The translations under genes and the position numbers were made by a program. A stretch of DNA of 64,000 bases from Pedobacter sp. (GTDB lineage: Bacteria > Desulfobacterota > Desulfuromonadia > Desulfuromonadales > Syntrophotaleaceae): NCBI GenBank assembly GCA_050253415.1, contig JBFWJC010000007.1, positions 1 to 64,000 of the forward strand. Reading direction: 5' to 3'. Below the pieces are notes generated by a model. The model worked only from the letters and a program-made list of their open reading frames with translations. It searched no databases and was not told the origin of the DNA. Positions 53,429 through 62,394 of this stretch are shown here, piece after piece. The first letter of the stretch is position 1, and each line of letters starts with the position of its first letter.

Positions 53429-56176
53429 TTATTCGACAGCGGCAGCCATCTGATGCAATACTTCTTCTATATTTGTGTAGCCATCACCGTCGTCATCACC
53501 ATTTGGGTTGGATGGTACGACAAACTGGCGAGTGTTCTTGGCATACGTCGGCCAACCACCACCCTGAACAGGGGTATCGATCATAGCCCCACTGCCATTC
53601 CACACATCGTTTATCACCCTTTCATCCAGACGATCGCCATTGGACGTCCCGCGCTCGCCGGGACGTGCTCCGCTATGTTGCAGCACGTAACTTTTAACGC
53701 TGCTTGTGGGAAGAATGGTGATGTTATCGTAGGGCACCGGAGGCGTCATCACCTGCGGATTGCCCCATGACGGAGGATCCATCAGCGGAACAGAAGCACC
53801 CGACTCATCAAGCCGCAAAATCAGATTGTCCGATGTGTAGACTTGCGAACCGACCTTGGTATTGTCGGCCCACCACAGGGGCGCCTTGGTCGCATATTCA
53901 GGGCCATCTCTGAAAACATTGCCGATGGTCGACTGAAAAAGGGTCCCGGCATTGTAGGAATCGCTGTAGTGCATGCGGCCACTTCTGCCGCCATTGTAAA
54001 CGTAGTTATTGATCACCACCGAGGTGGTCCCACCCTTGGCGTTCGGGCCGTTACGATCGTCACTTGATGAAATCAGGTTACGCAGCACGGTTATTTTCTT
54101 GGCATAGTCACCGATGAGGAAGCCCTTGGAATGGGCACCTTCCGGGTGAATCGAGTTATCCAGACCTTCGCTGACAATGCAGTTGGAAATGGTGATATTG
54201 TCCAGACGACTGTCTTTATAGCCCCAAAGTCCTATGACCTCGTCAACCGCCCACTGGAAGGAACAGTGGTCAACAACAACATTGTAGATGTCCGAATGAC
54301 CGACAATCCCCAAACAATCCCGCTCCCCCTCTTCGGAGGTGTTGTAGGACCGCTCATCACCCGGACGCACCCGGATATGCTGTATCAACACATCGTGCGC
54401 GGAGATTTTAAGCCGCCGATTTTTCAACATGATGCCAGGGGCCGGAGCAGTCTGACCGGCGATAGTGATATATGGGTTGGTAATGATCAGCTCGCTCTGC
54501 AGGTTAATGATCCCGGATACTTCAAACACGACAATCCTGGAGCCGCTGGCCTGCACAGCAGCGCGCAACGACCCTGTCCCGCTGTCATTCAGGTTGGTAA
54601 CCTTAATGATCTGTCCGCCTCGACCGCCAGCCGTTTCAGTACCGAAACCTTCTGCACCGGGAAAAGCAGGGAGATAATTTAGGTTAGAGGTTCCCCCTGT
54701 GTTAGCGTCAACCGAACTGGAATCGGCATCGTTATCGACGATGGTTACGGTCGAGGTGGTCACGGTACCCAAGGCGGTGCCACCCGTAGGGTTCTGCAGC
54801 AAAACCGTAAAGGTTTCACTTCCTTCTACTGCCGCATCGTCGGTGATAGCGATGCTGATGGTTTTCTGGGTCTGGCCGTCGGCAAAATTTACCGTAGTCC
54901 AGGAAAAGCTGGTGTAATCCGAGGCATAATCGGCGGTCACGCCCAAGGTACGTACCTCAACGGTCGCCGCACCGCTACTGCCATCAACTCGCTTTAGCAG
55001 CACATCGATTTTACCGGTCCCTTCGTTGACGGAATAATTGGCAGCGCCGAACTCGAAACTTCCCGGGGTGGTCGAGACGGGTGCTATATCCACGACTACG
55101 GCTACAGCCGGAGAAGTGGTTTTGTTGCCGGCCGCATCATAAGCGACCACTGTAAGGTTATGCGTGCCATTGTCCGTTTCGCTTATGGGTAGACTTGCAG
55201 AATAGGTGTTGGTGGTATCGGTGGCGATAAGCTTGCTGCCGTCGTAAAACTCGACCTTGCTGACACCTACATTGTCGCTGGCCTGAGCCACGATGGTCAA
55301 CGTCTGGGTGCTGGTTACCGCAAGGTTCCCGGAAGGGCTGATAATGGCCGCGACAGGAGCCGCAGTATCGCCTACAACCGCCTCATCGTTGTCAACGATG
55401 GTCACCGTCGAGCTGGTCACGGCACCCAGGGCGGTGCCGCCGGTGGGGTTCTGCAACAAAACGGTGAAGGTTTCACTTCCTTCAACCTCCGTATCGTCGG
55501 TGATAGCAATGCTGATGGTTTTCTGGGTCTGGCCGTCGGCAAAATTCACCGTAGTCCAGGAAAAGCTGTTGTAATCCGAGGTATAATCGGCGGTCACGCC
55601 CAAAGTACGTACCTCGACGGTCGCCGCACCAGAAGTTCCACCGACCCGCTGGAGCAAAACGTCGATTTTGCCAGAACCTTCATTCACGGAATACGCCGAA
55701 GCTCCCAGCTGGAAACTGCCGGGTTGCGAATCATTATCCTCAATCGTTATTTCCGAGCTGGTAATACTGCCAAGTGTTGTGCCATTGGTCGGTTTGCGCA
55801 GAAGGACATTAAAGGTTTCGCTCGATTCCTTGGCCGTATCGTCGGTAATGCCGAGGCTCAGATTCATCTGGTTTTGCCCGTTAGCAAATTTGACAGTCGT
55901 CCAGGTCATGCTTTCATAATCCGTCTTATAATCGGCAGTATCGCCCAAGGTGCGCACTTGAACTGTGGCGGCGCCGGAAACGGAACCAGTCCGCTTCAAA
56001 AGCACATTAACCTTGCCTCCACCTTCATTGACCGAATATTTGGCGGAACTAAACTCAAAGCTGCCGGACGCTGCGGCAACGTTCCCAGGAAGAACCATTT
56101 GCATAGTAAGTAACAACACACAAATCAGCCCCCCTATGGATTGTTTCAGATGCGTCATAATAAATGTTTGTCTCAT
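53429..56176 (-). CDS. Exported protein with 3 Calx-beta domains, an Ig-like domain and a C-terminal PL1-type lyase
   Basis: RBS AGAGGGAG and ATG at 56176; signal peptide; three F....YSVNEG...DD...E..ETF.V.L..P repeats; ASDNVGVSKVEFY...AYDAAGN Ig-like domain. Confidence 0.88.
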   Translation of the reverse strand: MRQTFIMTHLKQSIGGLICVLLLTMQMVLPGNVAAASGSFEFSSAKYSVNEGGGKVNVLLKRTGSVSGAATVQVRTLGDTADYKTDYESMTWTTVKFANGQNQMNLSLGITDDTAKESSETFNVLLRKPTNGTTLGSITSSEITIEDNDSQPGSFQLGASAYSVNEGSGKIDVLLQRVGGTSGAATVEVRTLGVTADYTSDYNSFSWTTVNFADGQTQKTISIAITDDTEVEGSETFTVLLQNPTGGTALGAVTSSTVTIVDNDEAVVGDTAAPVAAIISPSGNLAVTSTQTLTIVAQASDNVGVSKVEFYDGSKLIATDTTNTYSASLPISETDNGTHNLTVVAYDAAGNKTTSPAVAVVVDIAPVSTTPGSFEFGAANYSVNEGTGKIDVLLKRVDGSSGAATVEVRTLGVTADYASDYTSFSWTTVNFADGQTQKTISIAITDDAAVEGSETFTVLLQNPTGGTALGTVTTSTVTIVDNDADSSSVDANTGGTSNLNYLPAFPGAEGFGTETAGGRGGQIIKVTNLNDSGTGSLRAAVQASGSRIVVFEVSGIINLQSELIITNPYITIAGQTAPAPGIMLKNRRLKISAHDVLIQHIRVRPGDERSYNTSEEGERDCLGIVGHSDIYNVVVDHCSFQWAVDEVIGLWGYKDSRLDNITISNCIVSEGLDNSIHPEGAHSKGFLIGDYAKKITVLRNLISSSDDRNGPNAKGGTTSVVINNYVYNGGRSGRMHYSDSYNAGTLFQSTIGNVFRDGPEYATKAPLWWADNTKVGSQVYTSDNLILRLDESGASVPLMDPPSWGNPQVMTPPVPYDNITILPTSSVKSYVLQHSGARPGERGTSNGDRLDERVINDVWNGSGAMIDTPVQGGGWPTYAKNTRQFVVPSNPNGDDDGDGYTNIEEVLHQMAAAVE

Positions 56177-56252
56177 AAACTCCCTCTTTGTTGGTGTGAT
56201 CTGGCACCGGTTTTTCCGATGCCACCAAATCTTGTTTGCGCCTTGGAGGCGC

Positions 56253-56294
56253 AAAAAAAAAAGCGCTGCTCTTGGAGATCCCAAAGCAAAGCGC
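56253..56294 (-). terminator. Leader terminator (riboswitch expression platform)
   Basis: GCGCTTTGCTTTGG-loop-CCAAGAGCAGCGC followed by T10. Confidence 0.8.
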
Positions 56295-56340
56295 CGCACA
56301 TGTACCTACTAACCTCGAGGTGCTTCCAGGTTTTGAGGAT

Positions 56341-56432
56341 TTTCGGCAACCCGGCTATCCACCTTATTTTTTGACGTCGGTGGACCCGTAGCTTTGCGTG
56401 GCCAGATCTCTCTGACTTTGCCCTGAACGAAA
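56341..56432 (-). ncRNA. c-di-GMP-I (GEMM) riboswitch aptamer
   Basis: Minus strand TTCGTTCAGGGCAAAGTCAGAGAGATCTGGCCACGCAAAGCTACGGGTCC...GGATAGCCGGGTTGCCGAA carries the GGCAAA, ACGCAAAG and GTTGCCG hallmarks. Confidence 0.9.
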
Positions 56433-56563
56433 ACTTTTCCCCTAGACCATGACCATCGGCATACCCTCCTACCCCGTAGTGGTTACATTGCCCATAGTAA
56501 CGATCCGTCGAATTGTGACGGCTATCACAATGGGTGCGTCAGTCGTTCTGCGGGACATGTAAG

Positions 56564-56580
56564 AGCAAGCCACATGCCAA
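56564..56580 (-). promoter_or_regulatory. Sigma54 -24/-12 promoter
   Basis: TTGGCATGTGGCTTGCT with exact GG-N10-GC spacing. Confidence 0.75.
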
Positions 56581-57272
56581 GTTTTCTTTTATAATTCGGC
56601 AACTTAAAAGACCTACATATACGCTTTATGATAATGAAAAAACTGTCGTTAAATTAACTTTGGCACATGATTTATATTCAACGAAATCTAGAAAATGGAC
56701 AAAAATATACTTTGAAAAAGTTAAGTCATGTCGGGATGTTACTAATTGTAACCATCCGTAAAGGGGATAACAGTTAACTTTATGAGAAATTTTGGGGATA
56801 CAAATGTCGAGAAAAGACGGTTTTGAATTTCAATAATTTGCTTGACCAAGCGTGAGTTTTCACCAATTCAATGAGAAAACGTGACGTACTCGCTACATAT
56901 GTCTTTTGGCATCAACACGTTGCCCTGTCACTTTACGGCGACAACAGCAGAATTCATTCAATCTGGCATGCATCCATCTCTACATACGTGATTTCAATAA
57001 GTTGCGGTACTACTGAAAAATTCAATAGTCATTGCGGTGACAAAATTACCCCCGATATGGAATTTGTCGCCATAACATGACGCACCTACCATACACAGCT
57101 GAATTCCTCGTTGTCGGGATCGCGAAGATATAAAAATAGCACCGAACGCATACCGGTTTTCTCTATATCCCCGACTGGATCAATGTAATTTCAATTAGTT
57201 GGGTATGACTATCATGGATATCGAATAAATTCGAAAGTATGCGATTTTTCCGTTCTCGGCGGATGTATCAAC

Positions 57273-57308
57273 AAAAAATGGCTGACCGGTTTATCCGGTC
57301 AGCCATTT
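57273..57308 (-). terminator. Intrinsic terminator downstream of apgM
   Basis: AAATGGCTGACCGG-TTTAT-CCGGTCAGCCATTT perfect stem with T-tract on the minus strand. Confidence 0.88.
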
Positions 57309-57449
57309 GGCGTCATATTCCTGTTTTAAAAAAAAGCTTTTCTGTATGTGTGGTTAGACTGTGTTCCTTACCCGAGTCGTTAAAATTATTTCCAGGATCT
57401 ACTTTTCGTTGCCTCGCCATCACCTGTTCCGCAATGGCAAGGTACCATG

Positions 57450-58661
57450 TCAAGCAGAGGCAGCCAATAATCTATCCATGAGTTCATGGCCATGTGCCAG
57501 AAAAACACCGCTCGATGCTGCAGCCGCCTCATCGTATCCGGAAACAGGCTGCTGCGAAACGAACTCTCCCCCCGAACCATACAGAATAAAAGGAACCGGC
57601 TCGGATGTATGCGTCATGAGCCTCACAGGGGTGGGATGATCGGGAGCAACCAGCAACCGGAACGCTCCCATGGATTGCAACCCATTGAAGACCGTACCCA
57701 CCACCAGCTCGTCAAAGGCTTCGATGGCGCGAATTTTCTCCTGCAATAAACCTGCGTGCGAAGCCTCGTCGGGTGCTTCGACATGGATATAAACATAGTC
57801 GCGGGTTTGCAAAGCTTCCAGAGCATATTCCGCCTTGCCCCGGTAATTGGTATCGATGAAACCGGTGGCACCAGGAACTTCGATGACATCAAGACCGGCA
57901 TAAATACCGATCCCCTTGATCAGGTCGACAGCAGAAATAACGGCGCCGCTCAGGCCGAAACGCTCCTGCATGGTCGGCATATGCGGCGCGCGACCCTGCC
58001 CCCACAACCATGCGGCATTGGCGGGACGTTTGCCCTCAGCCTGCCGTTGCCGGTTAACGGGATGCGTCGCCAGAATGGTACGCGCCCGCTGCATAAGATC
58101 CCGTAAGCAGTCAGCTCCTTCACCGCGGGGCAGCTGCCCCTTGATAGGCTGGCCGGTAATATCGTGTGGTGGCGTGAACATCATGGTATCGACACCGCCA
58201 CGCCAGACCAGAAGGTGCCGGTATGATACGCCCGGATAAAACTGAAACCGATCCGTGCCAAGCTCCTCCTGCAAGGTCAAAACGATGGCACGCGCCTCCT
58301 CGGTCGAAATATGCCCGGCCGAAAAGTCTTCCATGATTTCCTGGCCATCTATCTGCCCGAGAGTAACCAGATTGAGCCGAAAAGAAACATCCTCAGGATT
58401 GAGATGAACTCCCATGCTGGCTGCCTCAAGAGGCGACCGACCGCTATAACAGCTGGCAGGATCGTATCCGAACACAGATAGATTGGCGACATCACTCCCG
58501 GGAGGAAACCCCTCGGGGATTGTCTGGGCAAGACCGACCTGCCCTTCGCGAGCCAGGCGATCCATGTAAGGGGTATGAGCACATTGCAGTGGGGTTTTCC
58601 CCCCGAGTTCGGCCATAGGCTCATCAGCCATGCCGTCTCCTAATAAAACTACATACTTCAT
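57450..58661 (-). CDS. apgM: Cofactor-independent phosphoglycerate mutase (ApgM type)
   Basis: GDGMAD, PGSDVA, HVEAPDEASH, PDHPTP. Confidence 0.92.
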   Translation of the reverse strand: MKYVVLLGDGMADEPMAELGGKTPLQCAHTPYMDRLAREGQVGLAQTIPEGFPPGSDVANLSVFGYDPASCYSGRSPLEAASMGVHLNPEDVSFRLNLVTLGQIDGQEIMEDFSAGHISTEEARAIVLTLQEELGTDRFQFYPGVSYRHLLVWRGGVDTMMFTPPHDITGQPIKGQLPRGEGADCLRDLMQRARTILATHPVNRQRQAEGKRPANAAWLWGQGRAPHMPTMQERFGLSGAVISAVDLIKGIGIYAGLDVIEVPGATGFIDTNYRGKAEYALEALQTRDYVYIHVEAPDEASHAGLLQEKIRAIEAFDELVVGTVFNGLQSMGAFRLLVAPDHPTPVRLMTHTSEPVPFILYGSGGEFVSQQPVSGYDEAAAASSGVFLAHGHELMDRLLAASA

Positions 58662-58718
58662 CGTATCCTCTGTATCGCTATCCGGTAATCGTCGCCGAAT
58701 AGGCGACGGCCCTGCACA

Positions 58719-59606
58719 TCACCCTCGCGGATGGTGCTGTTGGTGAATGTTTTTTAGTCGTTCCCGTGTTACATGGGTGTAAATCTGAGTGGTGGAAATA
58801 TCGGCATGCCCAAGCATCGCCTGCACGGCCCTGAGATCGGCTCCGTTATCCAACAGGTGCGTCGCAAACGAATGACGCAAGGAATGAGGCGTGATGTTTT
58901 TAGCAATCCCCGCCTGCAAGGCCCGACGCTTAATCATCTTCCAGAAACCCTGTCGTGTCAACCCGTTACCGGACCTGTTTAAAAACAGGAAAACAGGACA
59001 ACCGTCCCCGGCCAATTCACCACGACCACAGGCCAGGTAGTCCAGCACGGCATCTCGCGCGGAATCACCCAGTGGCACGATGCGCTGCTTGCGGCGCTTA
59101 CCAAAAGCGGTAACATAACCGACATCCAGTTGGAGATCCTGAAGGGTCAGGCCTACCAATTCCGATACGCGAAGTCCCGTCGCGTAAAGCAGTTCAAGCA
59201 TGGCCCTGTCCCGCAGATCGTAGCAACTGCCGGATTGCGGCACACTGAGTAACAGATCGACTTCGTCGGGAGACAAGGTATGCGGCAGCGTTGCAAGGCT
59301 TTTAGGCGCCGCCACCTGCGCCGCGGGATTGTTCTCGGCAAGGCCTTCGGCAAGCAGAAAGCGGTGGAACATTCGTAGCGAGACAAGTTTGCGCGCGCGA
59401 CTGCGCGGCGACAGACCGCGATCCTTCAAAACAGAAAGAAAAGCAACCACGACAGGTGGAGCTATCTGTGCGGGAGAGTCTATGCTCTGGTCGCCAAGAA
59501 ACTCAAGATAATGCGCGAGGTCTCGACCATAGGCGTCCAGGGTATTTTTTGATAACCCTTTTTCAACCACGAGATAGTTAAGAAACAGATCGAGATAATG
59601 ATCCAT
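58719..59606 (-). CDS. xerD: Tyrosine recombinase XerD
   Basis: LYATGLRVSEL, LTRQGFW, HSLRHSFATHLL, LGHADISTTQIY. Confidence 0.93.
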   Translation of the reverse strand: MDHYLDLFLNYLVVEKGLSKNTLDAYGRDLAHYLEFLGDQSIDSPAQIAPPVVVAFLSVLKDRGLSPRSRARKLVSLRMFHRFLLAEGLAENNPAAQVAAPKSLATLPHTLSPDEVDLLLSVPQSGSCYDLRDRAMLELLYATGLRVSELVGLTLQDLQLDVGYVTAFGKRRKQRIVPLGDSARDAVLDYLACGRGELAGDGCPVFLFLNRSGNGLTRQGFWKMIKRRALQAGIAKNITPHSLRHSFATHLLDNGADLRAVQAMLGHADISTTQIYTHVTRERLKNIHQQHHPRG

Positions 59607-59673
59607 AAACCTCTATAATTTAATATATTCTCAAGACTCAAGAGAGCTCAACGCCACGGCACTCCATCTGCGT

Positions 59674-62394
59674 TCAGATTTTTTCATCATCCAGACAGGA
59701 TAACAACTTTAACCGCAGCTCCTCAAGACGCTCCGGATCGCGAATTTTCTGGCTGAAAATATCCTTGACGTAAAAGGTGTCTGCCACCTGGTCAACCTTG
59801 GTTGAGATCTTGGCCACGCCCAGATACAGACCAAGGTCGCGCAAGGTTCTGCAAATGCGATACAACACACCGACTTCGTCGTGGGTGTAGATGTCAAGCA
59901 CGGTGTACTCCTGGGAGACTTCATTGTCGACATCCACGCGACTGGGAACTTTGGGATGCCCCGGGTCCCCCCATGATACAGGGCGGTGACGCTTGCGGAT
60001 CAATTCTTCAACCTTGAGCCGCCCTTCGATAACCGCCAGCAGCGATTCTTCCACGGCCTGCCACTTTTCGCTGCCCGCATCGCTGAAACCTGAAGGACCC
60101 TTGACCTGAAGCATGTCAAAAGCTGTTCCATCGCGCTGGGTAAAGATCTGCGCACCGAAAATATTAATCCCGTAGGCCGCCATGACCCCGGTGATCATGG
60201 TGAACAATCCAGGCATATCGTGAGTAACAATAGTTAACTGCGTGTAGGAGCCATCTGGTCCGTTGGCCACAAAAAACCCGAGACGCTTGTCGCGAGTACC
60301 CAAAATCAAGCGAATATGCTCGGCAATCGCCTGACTGCGAAACGACAGCAGATAGCGGGTGCTGGCTTTGCGAAGCCGTTCAGTCACGACTTTGGAATCG
60401 AATTCATCCTCGAGCAGTGCCTGCACTTTGCGTCTGCGATTGCGCAGTTTCTCGGAACGGGTATCCAACAGGAAGTTACCCCGTTCAAGAACGCCATGGG
60501 TCTTGTCAAAAAGTTCCTGCAGCAGGACCGATTTCCAACCGGTCCAGACATCCGGCCCTACCGCCCGCAAGTCCGCAAAGGTCAAAAGATAAAGCATCTT
60601 GAGGTTTTCGCTCATCCCCATGGTGCGGGCAAAATCAACGATAAGGCGATCATCATGCATATCCCGTCGCTGGGAAATATGTGCCATCAGCAAATGATTG
60701 CGCACCAGAAATTCAAGCCGCTGGCTGTCTTCCTTGTTGAGACCAAGGCGCCGGGCTACGGTCGGCATCATATCCGCGCCCTTGTTGCAATGATCGCGGC
60801 CCTCCCCTTTACCCACATCGTGCAGCAACATGGCGAGCAACAAGAGTTCGCGTTTTTCGATATCGTTGGCCACGCCGGTAACCCGCGGCAACTCTTCGGC
60901 ATAGTCCCCATGCCAGAGCTTAATCAATTCGCCGACGGCAAACAATGAATGGGTATCGACGGTGAACACGTGATACGCATCATGTTGCACCTTGCAATAG
61001 ATGCGACCGAACTCGGGGATGAAATGGTTAAGGAACCGCAGATAATGCATATCCTGCAAAGCCTGAAGAACACCACGGTGATAACGCAGGATCTCCATGA
61101 AAGTATCAACCATGGCCTTCGAGCGCCGAACCGTATTGTTGATGCGATGCAGGTTTTCCCGGATATGATTTTTAACCTGGGGACTCAGAGCCACTTCATG
61201 CAACTGAGCCAGGCGAAAGGCCAGCATCATACGCTCCGGATATTCTTCAAATAGGTTACCCTGGGCCATGCGCAACTCGCCATAAAGGGTATAGAACCCA
61301 TCTCCGACCGAACGCTTCAGGATCGTATTGTGACTGGGAGTCGGTGAAGACTGATCGTGCAGGCGCACTTTATCGATCAAACGCGTGGAGATTTCCTCGA
61401 CATGCACGGCATGCGCATAATAATCCTGCATGAATTGTTCGACCGCCAACGCGCGATTATCGTCTTCGTACCCTAGAAACCGGGCAATCTTTTCCTGGTG
61501 GTCAAAACGGATCTGTTCGTTTTTACCGGTGGAAAGAAAATGCAGTTCATTGCGAATGCGCCAAAGATAATCGAACGCCCGATAGAGTTCGTCGTACTCC
61601 CTTTCGGTCATGATCCCCTTAAGAACCAGTTCGGACATGGAACGGGCTTTGAATTTTACCTGGGCCAACCACAAAGCGGTATGCAGATCCCGAAGCCCCC
61701 CTTCTCCCTCCTTGATATTGGGTTCCAGCAAATAAACAGATGAACCGTATTTACCGAGACGTCGGTTGCTCTCCTCGATTTTCTGGGTGATGTACCCTTT
61801 GCTGTTCCAGTTCAGAACTTTATCCAGGACGGTCCGCTCGTACTCGCCAAAACATTCGCGATTGCCACACAAATAACGCGAATCGAGCAATGCGGTTCTG
61901 GCCGTGATATCCTTCTCCGCCATTTCCAGGCAATGCCGTGCGTTCCGGATGCTATAGCCGACATCAAGTCCCAGATCCCACAACAGGTAAAGCATGCGCT
62001 CTGAAACCTGTTCGGCAAACTTTTTCCCTTTTCCGTTGTGAAAAAACATGATGTCGATATCGGAGCGGGGGTTTTGCTGTCGACGACCGTAGCCTCCGAG
62101 TGCCACCACAGCGCATCCGGCCTGCCCCTTTTCAGGCAAATCGGATGAGGCAGCCTCATACAGAGCACTCATCAACGCATCCGCCGCCTCGGTAAGCAGT
62201 TCAACCACTTCATGACCGCTTGCACCACTGCGATGGTACGCCATGATGACATCCCGGCAGTGATTCCAGTAATTGCAGGCCGCAGCAAGCAATTCCGGGC
62301 GCCGCTCGGCATAGGGGAGAGAGGTATCGCAACACAAGTGTCGGAGCGCATCGGGAATCGCGAGTTTTTCGGAGAGATCGGATAAAGAATTCAT
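59674..62394 (-). CDS. glnD: PII uridylyltransferase/uridylyl-removing enzyme
   Basis: GGYGR...SDID, EPNIKE..GGLRD, HD domain, two ACT domains. Confidence 0.96.
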   Translation of the reverse strand: MNSLSDLSEKLAIPDALRHLCCDTSLPYAERRPELLAAACNYWNHCRDVIMAYHRSGASGHEVVELLTEAADALMSALYEAASSDLPEKGQAGCAVVALGGYGRRQQNPRSDIDIMFFHNGKGKKFAEQVSERMLYLLWDLGLDVGYSIRNARHCLEMAEKDITARTALLDSRYLCGNRECFGEYERTVLDKVLNWNSKGYITQKIEESNRRLGKYGSSVYLLEPNIKEGEGGLRDLHTALWLAQVKFKARSMSELVLKGIMTEREYDELYRAFDYLWRIRNELHFLSTGKNEQIRFDHQEKIARFLGYEDDNRALAVEQFMQDYYAHAVHVEEISTRLIDKVRLHDQSSPTPSHNTILKRSVGDGFYTLYGELRMAQGNLFEEYPERMMLAFRLAQLHEVALSPQVKNHIRENLHRINNTVRRSKAMVDTFMEILRYHRGVLQALQDMHYLRFLNHFIPEFGRIYCKVQHDAYHVFTVDTHSLFAVGELIKLWHGDYAEELPRVTGVANDIEKRELLLLAMLLHDVGKGEGRDHCNKGADMMPTVARRLGLNKEDSQRLEFLVRNHLLMAHISQRRDMHDDRLIVDFARTMGMSENLKMLYLLTFADLRAVGPDVWTGWKSVLLQELFDKTHGVLERGNFLLDTRSEKLRNRRRKVQALLEDEFDSKVVTERLRKASTRYLLSFRSQAIAEHIRLILGTRDKRLGFFVANGPDGSYTQLTIVTHDMPGLFTMITGVMAAYGINIFGAQIFTQRDGTAFDMLQVKGPSGFSDAGSEKWQAVEESLLAVIEGRLKVEELIRKRHRPVSWGDPGHPKVPSRVDVDNEVSQEYTVLDIYTHDEVGVLYRICRTLRDLGLYLGVAKISTKVDQVADTFYVKDIFSQKIRDPERLEELRLKLLSCLDDEKI

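Larger units (their letters stand above)
51890..54664. repeat. ~1.24-kb direct duplication of the lyase domain (51890-53125 and 53429-54664, offset 1539)
   Basis: Near-identical DNA and protein in the two adjacent genes. Confidence 0.95.

Noticed and set aside
56176..56299. N-terminal extension of the 956-aa ORF
   Set aside because: It runs through the leader terminator; the RBS supports a start at 56176.
56660..56678. Second sigma54-like site TTGGCACATGATTTAT on the plus strand
   Set aside because: It lacks the -12 GC and has no downstream gene.
58719..59606. Tyrosine recombinase as a mobile-element integrase
   Set aside because: Size, motifs and housekeeping context indicate chromosomal XerD.
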